A stretch of 63,976 nt of DNA, filler included, from Octopus bimaculoides (taxonomy: Eukaryota): NCBI RefSeq assembly GCF_001194135.2. It is 6 parts of 6 records of this genome, joined end to end, with 100 filler letters (N's around TTAATTAATTAA, not from the genome) between each part and the next. Parts side by side here need not be neighbours in the genome. Positions count along the whole stretch, not along the records: positions 34,199 to 53,211 come from NC_068987.1; positions 53,312 to 60,674 come from NC_068990.1; positions 60,775 to 62,632 come from NC_068984.1; 3 more parts are not named here. One strand, written 5' to 3'. The notes below the pieces were generated by a model. The model had not been told where the DNA came from. It saw only the letters and a program-made list of their open reading frames with translations, and did no database searches. The stretch's first letter is position 1; every line of letters begins with the position of its first letter. Below, in pieces: positions 50,548-60,886 of this stretch. The position numbers were made by a program, and so were the translations under genes.

Positions 50548-51451
50548 TATATCATAAATTTAAACAAATATTCTATAATTATAAACATAATTATAATCAG
50601 GGTCAGCTAATTGCTTCACCACGCACCAAATTTTTTTTAAAAAGTGTGTTACTGGTCTGGGACATCTTTATGGTAGTAGAAAAGGCATTTAACTCCTATT
50701 TCTAAATTCGGTGCGTGGCAAAGCAGTTAGCTGACCCCTGATTATAATTATGTTTATAATTATAGAATATTTGTATAATTTTACCTAAAAAGGTTATTTT
50801 AACGTACCGAACTACTTGGTAAAATTATTAATTATTAATTAATTAACTGATTAATTAATGAATTAATTTTACTCTTTTATTATTATTAGAATTATAATTT
50901 ACTCCCTGATCGAAAACTGCAATTTCTGCGGGATTACTCGTAACACACACATGGGTATTGAGGATAAATATGTATTCATATTCGGCTGTATATCTTTGGA
51001 AGTGTGGCTGAATATCGGTTATACGATGGCGCTTGATCGCGTACATATTTAACCCTAACACTCTCAAATTTATATTTCGAAATGCTGCACTGAAGATGAG
51101 AAATAAGTAAGTAAATATAACTTTACTTTAATCTCAAAACGCGTATGTAGCTAATCTGAGTCGCGTAGATTCGAGATTTTTTTTCTTTTGGCCTACGTAA
51201 AAAAAAGTCTGTTACTGTCTGGAAGATCTTTATGGTAGTAGAAAAGGCATTTAACTCCTATTTCTAAATTCAGTGCGTGGCGAAGTAATTAGCTGACCCT
51301 GATTATAGTTATGTTTATAATTATAGAATATTTGTTTAATTTTACCTCAAATGTTATTTTAACGTACCGAACTACTTGGTAAAATTATTAATTATTAATT
51401 AATTAATTAATTAATTAATTTTACCCTTTTATTATTATATCATAAATTTAA
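50548..51451 (+). mobile_element. Non-autonomous PLE/retrozyme-like insertion with TSD, inverted 5' segment, direct repeats and hammerhead
   Basis: A 16-bp direct repeat TATATCATAAATTTAA lies at 50548-50563 and 51436-51451. Arm 50565-50627 is inverted against 50710-50774. About 240-bp direct repeats lie at 50642-50887 and 51203-51437. A hammerhead motif lies at 51084-51151. Confidence 0.75.
51084..51151 (+). ncRNA. Type-I minimal hammerhead motif, G12-to-A variant
   Basis: GCTGCA CTGAAGA T GAGA-30 nt-TCTC AAAA CGCG TA TGTAGC. Stem I is 6 bp (one G-U), stem II is 4 bp, and stem III is the palindrome ACGCGT. GAAA reads AAAA. Confidence 0.7.
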
Positions 51452-53119
51452 TGAGAAAATACAAGAAAACGTAAAGATAATGTTGCCAGAAGTACACCAT
51501 GCATGACAATTCAAACTTAGTAACATGATATAATAGTTATAGAACTAGTCCGATAGAAACCTAGGGCATACATGGAACGGATTAGAATGTATATAAATTC
51601 AATTGATAAAATTTAAGTGTAAATAAATTCCATAAAGTGCTTATAAAATATTTAAGTAGCAGTCTAAAGAGTTATAACGTATTATATAGCGAAAAGATAC
51701 AGTGGCTGTTGATCCATTCGCAGTGTTCTGTCGTCGTGTACATGGTTTGTTTTGTTCACGTTATTCTCTTTATAATTAAAAATCAGAACTGGAGGAGTAG
51801 GAAGAAAAGGAAGACTGAAAGAAGAAACTGTATTTCAAAGTAAATCATCATGACATTAATGGGAGATACGACTAGTGTAAGATTTTATGGTCCATTTAAA
51901 TTTGTACTGGCAACTAATCGTTATTTTATATCGCTTATTCAATAAATTATCTGCCATAAGGATTTCGAGTGGTCTACGTAAACGTAAACGGCAAGCCTTA
52001 GTATAATTTGTCAGAATGAATATTGATCAATGCATCTTGAATCCAATTCCTTTATATTTTAACCATCCTTCACTGAATATGTATTTAGTTTAAAATCTAA
52101 AGGCATTAATTTACTTTTGGTATGTCATCTAATACTTTGCTTTAATTACTTCAACAGGGTTATATCTGTATAATAATCTGCTTGCTCGTTCGCCCGCTAT
52201 ACATTAGTTAGCCAGAGAGGTGGAGGTGGAGTAAGAGTGAGAGAGAGAGAGAGAGAGTGTGAGGGAAGAGTGAAGAAAGGAGAGAGGAAGAAGTAAAGAA
52301 AGTTGATTAATACACATAGGTCAAATGATCACGTGGTCAGCTGAAGGCATAGGCGAAGAACGAGAGAAATAGAGGGAGAGAGAGGTGTTAACGACCTGCG
52401 GTTAGGCGGGAAGGAATAATTATTACGTGGTTAAAAGTTAGCTGATAGGATAGATAGAGAGAGCTGGATAGGAGAAGCAGTTATCTTGAGAGAGAGAAAG
52501 AGAAAGAAATAGATAGGGTGGTGGTATGTTGATAACGAAAAGCATTTCTTTTTATTGAACTATTTTTTTTATAGCGACTATTGCTTAAAGCGATCATTGT
52601 TTATAGCGACCATTGCTTAAAAATTGTGCGTAAGTGCAATTACTTATCGTCTACTCGCTTAAAAAATTAATTTAGCCTAAACTCTGGATTCCCAAGAAAC
52701 ACGGTTGCTAGCTGCCCGAGAAAGGATGTACAGATATAGAGCACGGATCAGAGAGGAATACTGAGAAAATATAAAGAAACGAAATGCCAACACTAATGGA
52801 GATGTGAGGAAATCAACGTGGACGAATGTCAAGAATATTTAAAGAAATTTAAAACATGAATGCTATAAAAATTCAAATCATTCTTGCTTTCTTAAATAGG
52901 TCCTTTAAAATTTTTCCATTCCGTGGAATTTCCACTGGTCCCACTAGATTTAGATATTCTAGAACTTAACTCTAATGTATATTTGATATCCAGAATTTTT
53001 TCATTCATTAGATGTCCACATGTTTGTTATCGCTTGTGATTTTAAAATTTTCATATTTTATCTTTTATTTTACAATTATTTCTTTTTGTATAGGTTGATT
53101 TTGACATAGTATTTTATCA

Positions 53120-53120
<1 letters not shown>

Positions 53121-53200
<80 letters not shown>
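53121..53200. repeat. (TTA)n microsatellite
   Basis: Directly visible. Confidence 0.95.
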
Positions 53201-53203
<3 letters not shown>

Positions 53204-53597
53204 TTGTTTAGNNNNNNNNNNNNNNNNNNNNNNNNNNNNNNNNNNNNNNNNNNNNTTAATTAATTAANNNNNNNNNNNNNNNNNNNNNNNNNNNNNNNNN
53301 NNNNNNNNNNNTATATATATATATATATATATATCTTTTAATTTCGTTTAGGAGAAGCATTTTGGAATCTGCATGTAAAAGCTCCTTATTATGCCGGCTA
53401 CAACCTGATGATATAAACTGGCAACAGCAGTTTTTCGAGCTGTGTCGATATAATGTAGGACAAATATAGTAATAAAAACAGTAATAATCCATGAATGGAA
53501 TTTATAAATGTTTTAATGCATCACTTCACAGAAAAGCATTAAAACATCTATAAATTCCATCCATTGATTATTATTATCATTATCATCATCATTATTA

Positions 53598-53637
<40 letters not shown>

Positions 53638-53692
53638 NNNNNNNNNNNNNNNNNNNNNNNNNNNNNNNNNNNNNNNNNNNNNNNNNNNNNNN

Positions 53693-53746
<54 letters not shown>

Positions 53747-53749
53747 GTG

Positions 53750-54500
53750 TTTCCTCTATGCACGGCCAAACTGCTGGATCAATCTACCAAATTTGGCTAG
53801 AAATTATGTCGATTTTGTTTTTACGCTTTAAAGGTAAACGATTTTGGAACGCTTTTTAATTGTGAGAATGAAACAAGACGTTTAAAGAAAAAGAAACAGT
53901 AAGGTTTCTAAATGACGAAAGTTCTTCATACGTGCACACGCTTACACACCGTAAGATATCTTTGGATTTATACGATAAACTTTATAAATTTTAAAGTTCA
54001 ATATTCCTGAGATATAAGTTAGAGATATCAACATGAGTTATTCAAATAATTATTCGTGGAATGGACCTAATAAAATCAGCTAGAGTACACTCGATATTTC
54101 ATATTTAAATCTGATGTGACTATTTCTACTTTGATATTGGTCGCATCTCAGATTCAAAATCGAATTTACAATTTCCCCCTAGCCATACGGCCTATTGTTC
54201 TGCACGGCCAAACCGCTGGATCAATCTGTACCAAATTTGGCATGAAGGTTTTACATTACCCGGGCAAGGTTCTAGTGGGTCACTAAATTAAAAAAAATTT
54301 TCTTCAAAAGCAGAAATGTTTTACATGTTGTTTATGTTGGTTTTGTTTTTTTGCTTTGAAGTTAAACGGTTCTGATAGGAGCAAACACAATATTGAATAA
54401 TTCTCTGTCATACGTCTACGACCCCACCTCTTTTTTTTTTTAAACCAAAGATAAACGCTTTTTCATTGTGATAATGAAACAAGAGGTTTTAGTCCTTACC
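53750..54500 (+). mobile_element. Two related Helentron/DINE-1-like fragments (53750-53900 and 54195-54500)
   Basis: TGCACGGCCAAAC.GCTGGATCAATCT..ACCAAATTTGGC occurs twice, the first directly after (GT)n. Both are followed by AACGCTTTTT.ATTGTGA.AATGAAACAAGA. Confidence 0.45.
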
Positions 54501-55306
54501 ACCAAAATTCTTTTCTCTTGAGAAATATAAGGGTGACGATGTCTTCATTCCACAGATTCCAATAATCCCATCTGACCCCCCACCTATCAATTTGAACGGC
54601 TCCAGTTCTCAGTGAAACTAAGTTTTGCTATGTCCATAAACAAATCTCAAGCACAATCTCTCAACGTTAGTTATGTATGTATGTATGTATGTATGTATGT
54701 ATGTATGATTTAATCTTTTTGATCTAATCCGCTATTGGTTCCATGACTTCTCGTTTTAAAGTGATCTAAGTTCATTACACACATGCGCGCGTGCATTGCT
54801 TATCCGGCTATCCAAACAGCAGGATCTATTACTTTGACCGCACCCTTCTGAAGGTGTGCTTTAAGCCCGAAATATGTACAGATTTTTCCACTTTCATCTC
54901 TGCATTGTTAACATCGACATTGGACCTCGTTATCTTTTTTATTATTCATCTTCAATTGGCGACTGACAGTCGCCATGTGCACTATACAGTCTATGACATC
55001 AACGCTACACCAGCCCTGACGCATTTTAACCCTCACCCCCACCTGCTGTGTGACTCTGCAGATGCCGTAATGGCTTAGGTGTTATTTACATTTTAACTTA
55101 TAACATTTTCTCTTCACAAACAAAGGAACAGAAGCTGGCTTGTTGATTTAACGTTGAAATGCTGCATAGGTGTTAGCAGCCTTCCTTTAGTGTTGCATTG
55201 TTAACTGGTTCTAGTTACATCTTCTTGTATATAGGCACGCACACAAACACACTGCGCATTTATTACACATGTACACCATATGTGTTTGTGAGTGAGTGTA
55301 TGCGTA

Positions 55307-55337
<31 letters not shown>

Positions 55338-56384
55338 NNNNNNNNNNNNNNNNNNNNNNNNNNNNNNNNNNNNNNNNNNNNNNNNNNNNNNNNNNNNNNN
55401 NNNNNNNNNNNNNNNNNNNNNNNNNNNNNNNNNNNNNNNNNNNNNNNNNNNNNNNNNNNNNNNNNNNNNNNNNNNNNNNNNNNNNNNNNNNNNNNNNNNN
55501 NNNNNNNNNNNNNNNNNNNNNNNNNNNNNNNNNNNNNNNNNNNNNNNNNNNNNNNNNNNNNNNNNNNNNNNNNNNNNNNNNNNNNNNNNNNNNNNNNNNN
55601 NNNNNNNNNNNNNNNNNNNNNNNNNNNNNNNNNNNNNNNNNNNNNNNNNNNNNNNNNNNNNNNNNNNNNNNNNNNNNNNNNNNNNNNNNNNNNNNNNNNN
55701 NNNNNNNNNNNNNNNNNNNNNNNNNNNNNNNNNNNNNNNNNNNNNNNNNNNNNNNNNNNNNNNNNNNNNNNNNNNNNNNNNNNNNNNNNNNNNNNNNNNN
55801 NNNNNNNNNNNNNNNNNNNNNNNNNNNNNNNNNNNNNNNNNNNNNNNNNNNNNNNNNNNNNNNNNNNNNNNNNNNNNNNNNNNNNNNNNNNNNNNNNNNN
55901 NNNNNNNNNNNNNNNNNNNNNNNNNNNNNNNNNNNNNNNNNNNNNNNNNNNNNNNNNNNNNNNNNNNNNNNNNNNNNNNNNNNNNNNNNNNNNNNNNNNN
56001 NNNNNNNNNNNNNNNNNNNNNNNNNNNNNNNNNNNNNNNNNNNNNNNNNNNNNNNNNNNNNNNNNNNNNNNNNNNNNNNNNNNNNNNNNNNNNNNNNNNN
56101 NNNNNNNNNNNNNNNNNNNNNNNNNNNNNNNNNNNNNNNNNNNNNNNNNNNNNNNNNNNNNNNNNNNNNNNNNNNNNNNNNNNNNNNNNNNNNNNNNNNN
56201 NNNNNNNNNNNNNNNNNNNNNNNNNNNNNNNNNNNNNNNNNNNNNNNNNNNNNNNNNNNNNNNNNNNNNNNNNNNNNNNNNNNNNNNNNNNNNNNNNNNN
56301 NNNNNNNGATAATAATAATAACAAATAATACATAAATATATGCATATATCCACACATAAATGTAATACCTACATCTATATGTAT

Positions 56385-56530
56385 ACATACATGCAGATAT
56401 GGGTACAGGACATCACAAAAAGCGTTAAACACAATGAGAAACGAAAACATAAAGACGAAGACAGAAAACGAACATTTTTTCGAACAACGAAAAAAAACAA
56501 ACAGAGGAACGAGACATGCAACATAAAGGA
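56385..56530 (-). repeat. Unclassified dispersed repeat, related copy at ~2075-2150 (+)
   Basis: Both read ..AATAT/GTTC.TTATGT.GC.TGT...GATGTCCTGTACCCA.ATATGC on the respective strands. Confidence 0.55.
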
Positions 56531-56552
56531 TATTTCCCTTTATATATATATA

Positions 56553-57215
56553 TAGGCGCAGGAGTGGCTGTGTGGTAAGTAGCTTGTTTATCAACCACAT
56601 GGTTCCGGATTCAGTCACACTGCGTGGCACCTTGGGCAAGTGTCTTCTACTATAGCCTCGGGCCGACCAAAGCTTTGTGAGTGGTTTTGGNNNNNNNNNN
56701 NNNNNNNNNNNNNNNNNNNNNNNNNNNNNNNNNNNNNNNNNNNNNNNNNNNNNNNNNNNNNNNNNNNNNNNNNNNNNNNNNNNNNNNNNNNNNNNNNNNN
56801 NNNNNNNNNNNNNNNNNNNNNNNNNNNNNNNNNNNNNNNNNNNNNNNNNNNNNNNNNNNNNNNNNNNNNNNNNNNNNNNNNNNNNNNNNNNNNNNNNNNN
56901 NNNNNNNNNNNNNNNNNNNNNNNNNNNNNNNNNNNNNNNNNNNNNNNNNNNNNNNNNNNNNNNNNNNNNNNNNNNNNNNNNNNNNNNNNNNNNNNNNNGT
57001 GTGTGTGTGTGTGTTTGTGTGTCTGTGTTTGTCCCCCCCCCCAACATCGCTTGAGAACCGATACTGGTGTGTTTACGTCCTCGTAATATAGCAGTTCGGC
57101 AAAAGAGACCGATCGAATAAGTACTAAGCTTACAAAAAATAAGTCTTGGGGGCGATTTGCACGACTAAAGGCAGTGCTCCAGCATGGCCACAGTCAAATG
57201 ACTGAAACAAGTAAG
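56553..57215 (+). mobile_element. SINE family A, full length across an N gap
   Basis: Head GGCGCAGGAGTGGCTGTGTGGTAAGTAGC; 3' end GTGCTCCAGCATGGCCACAGTCAAATGACTGAAACAAGTAAGAG. Confidence 0.9.
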
Positions 57216-57544
57216 AGAATATATATGTATATATACACATATACATACATACATACATATTCATTTCAAAATGTAACCACATGTGAATCGTTGGCGATTT
57301 TTTTTCTTCGGTCATCCTTTTCTATTGGACTTTCCTCTGTCTCCTGTTCTTGAAGAAGAGCTTTGCTCGTAACATAAAACCGCCTTTCTTTCCTTCTCTG
57401 AGCGTCTGCTAATACTTTACACGTACCACGTTCTCGCGTTGTTGTTTTTTTGTGTTTGTTCTTCGTTTTTTGGGAGGGATTTATTATATACATACATACA
57501 TACATACATACATACATACATACATACATACATACATACATACA

Positions 57545-57830
57545 TGGGCAAAGGCATGTGCCATCATAGAGGTTAGCTGCCCTGCAGATATAAATATCTC
57601 TTTGAAAATCAAAGAAAAAGAGAATATCTATAGACAACTGCTTCGAAACCTCAAGCTTCTATATCCAGACTATGATTGCATATTTATACCAATAATAATT
57701 GTAGCACTAGGTTTTGTTAGTAAACACTTAAAGGAGAATCTGGATAAACTGATCGGCTGATTCGTACATATTACAAATGCAAGTTGTAAGTGGAACAGTA
57801 AAAATATGTAAGACTTTTCTCAAGTTCAAA
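57545..57830 (+). pseudogene. Restriction-like-endonuclease retrotransposon C-terminus and 3' end
   Basis: WAKACAIIEVSCPADINISLKIKEKENIYRQLLRNLKLLYPDYDCIFIPIIIVALGFVSKHLKENL matches IIE..CP.D.N....EK...Y..L...IPI..GALG. VVSGTVKICKTFLKF follows. Confidence 0.75.
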
Positions 57831-58024
57831 ATGTGAATTTGTCTGTGTTAACTACATCCCAAAGATGGAGCTTTGTATCTTTGTCGGAAACCGGTTCCCT
57901 CTTCATTGGAAGATTTATAATAATTAAAAAATAGAAGATACATACATACATACATACATACATACATACATACATACGTATGTATGACAGGCAGACAAAC
58001 AGATGGACAGATAGATAATACAAT

Positions 58025-58186
58025 GGATTTCCCCACAGTTTCGGTCTAACGAATTCACTCGCAAGGTATTAGCCAGCCAAGGGCTATAGTAGAAGACACG
58101 ATCCCAAGGTGCCGTGTAGTGGGACTGAACCCAAAATCAGGTTGCTGCAAAGCGCGCTTCTTAACCATACAGCTATGCTTGCGCCT
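58025..58186 (-). mobile_element. SINE family A, 5' half, diverged
   Basis: GGCTATAGTAGAAGACAC..CCCAAGGTGCCG.GTAGTGGGACTGAACCC is the reverse complement of the head. Confidence 0.75.
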
Positions 58187-58580
58187 ATAATATGGGACGT
58201 GTTCCAGTCACACCCTGTACCTTTTTACATTCTTACCTACCCCGTTATGTATCTAAGTACCACACTCTACCTAGATATTTTCTTTCTGATCCACTTCGTG
58301 GTCTACCTACATGCGAACTTAACTCCGACACCACCCTACCCAACGACACCCAGTGAGTCTCTCCTCTACCCACCTACCTACCTACTTACCTACCTACCTA
58401 CCTACCTGCCGGCCTACCTATCTACCCAGACACTTACCTTTTCAACCTATTTATTTATCTACCCATCTATATATATATATAACACTTCTGTACGAACTAC
58501 ATATCTGTATTTATCGGTGTGTAAAAGATAGACAGATAGATAGGTAAATATACCTGGGTGTGTCTGTGTGTTTGTGTGTT

Positions 58581-58641
<61 letters not shown>

Positions 58642-58662
58642 GCCGAGAAAGATAGATAGTAG

Positions 58663-58703
<41 letters not shown>

Positions 58704-58872
58704 CCTGAGAATGAGTGATAGAGATATAGATACATATATATGTATATAATTTCTCACCAAGCTATATGAACTCAAAGCTCTTCGACCTGTAACTAGTTCG
58801 ATAGGTGCCAACGCACGAAACTTTCGGACCTCGAGTCACCCTGTTGCTTCTGCTGAATATTAATACATACAA

Positions 58873-58903
<31 letters not shown>

Positions 58904-58959
58904 GCACACACATGTGTGTGTCTGTGTACATGTGTGTGTGGATAGAAGGAAAGAATGAA

Positions 58960-58964
58960 AAATG

Positions 58965-59052
<88 letters not shown>

Positions 59053-59075
59053 GAGAGGGAGAGAGAGAGAGAGCA
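58960..59075. repeat. (GA)n microsatellite
   Basis: Directly visible. Confidence 0.95.
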
Positions 59076-59191
59076 GATAGAGAATGAGAGTGATAGAGAT
59101 AGTGATAGAAAACATATAGATATATATATGTATGTTTATAGATATATATCTACATCTATATGCATCCATATATACATACATATGTATATAC

Positions 59192-59255
<64 letters not shown>

Positions 59256-60494
59256 ATGTATGTATGTATGTATGTATGTATGTATGTATGTATGTATATA
59301 TAATNNNNNNNNNNNNNNNNNNNNNNNNNNNNNNNNNNNNNNNNNNNNNNNNNNNNNNNNNNNNNNNNNNNNNNNNNNNNNNNNNNNNNNNNNNNNNNNN
59401 NNNNNNNNNNNNNNNNNNNNNNNNNNNNNNNNNNNNNNNNNNNNNNNNNNNNNNNNNNNNNNNNNNNNNNNNNNNNNNNNNNNNNNNNNNNNNNNNNNNN
59501 NNNNNNNNNNNNNNNNNNNNNNNNNNNNNNNNNNNNNNNNNNNNNNNNNNNNNNNNNNNNNCACCCTCACCAGAAACTTAACACTAACAACAACATAAAT
59601 AACGTGTTTAACATTATTAGCTCTCTTATTTCTAAGTTTCACGTCGGGGTTTTGGGTGGCTGTACCCGGGTATTTTTCTTTCGTTTGTTTTTGGGTTCGT
59701 TTTTTCTTTTCTGAACCAGCAGGAATCTGTGCACACGTCTTCTGTGTTTAATCACTGCATGTTTGAGCATGCCATTTTGCCATCAACTATTTGCACATGT
59801 CCTCTCTTTGTATTCACAACCTTTGTTTTTATGTAACCACCTCTAGTTTCACTCCGTTGCAGGCTCAGTCTAGGTCGGCAGACACCACACGAAAAACAAT
59901 AACAAAAACAGAAGAAAAAAAACGTAACGTATTGTATTTTACTAATGATTACGTCACATTTCTTCATACATACGCATACGTGTGCCGTGTCTGCATGCAT
60001 TCGTGACGTACATCACATCTCAAGGGGTATATACAATTGTATATACATGGGAGCTTATACAATTGCTGGCTTGCCATTTGTCTGTCTGTCTTTCTAAATA
60101 TGACCTTGAAAACAATCTTGGCTTCTCAAAATGGCGAAGAGAAATTTACCTGAATTCTACGAATTCTAATGAATAGTACTTCTGTGTTCAGCCCGCCCAA
60201 CCCCCAAACAGCACGTACACACGTATATACAGGTACATATATATGCACATGTATATGCATATAGATTTATACACATACAAATATATATGTAGATAAACAC
60301 ATTGATGTTAATATATATATATATACATACGTATAAATACATCTATCCATCTATCTATGTGTGTGTGTGTGTATTTACATAGATATATAGATAGATAGAT
60401 ACATACATACATACATACATGCATGTGTGCATACATATATATATATATGCATATATTATTAATACATATGTATAATTACATCTTTTTTTGGTGT

Positions 60495-60625
60495 TTCAGT
60501 AAATCGACCCCTGGACTTATTCTTTGTAAGCCTAATACTTATTCTCTCGGTCTCTCTTACGGGGACGTAAACACACCACCATCGGTTGTCAAGCGATGTT
60601 ATGGGGGGACCAAAAACAGACACAC
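60495..60625 (-). mobile_element. SINE family A, 3' part
   Basis: AAATCGACCCC.GGACTTATTCTTTGTAAGCCTA.TACTTATTCT...ATCGGTTGTCAAGCGATG matches 1-175. Confidence 0.8.
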
Positions 60626-60821
60626 AAACATATACATATATATATACATATGTATATATATGTGTGTATATATANNNNNNNNNNNNNNNNNNNNNNNNNN
60701 NNNNNNNNNNNNNNNNNNTTAATTAATTAANNNNNNNNNNNNNNNNNNNNNNNNNNNNNNNNNNNNNNNNNNNNCTGCCTGCCTGCCTGCCTGTCTGTCT
60801 GTCTGTCTGTCTGTCTATCTG

Positions 60822-60886
<65 letters not shown>

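Noticed and set aside
55198-57091. Long ORFs (300-594 aa) in the track here and at 4681-5422, 27636-28698, 39637-40722
   Set aside because: They are open only because they run through N gaps and microsatellites. The real coding part of 27604-27864 is reported separately.
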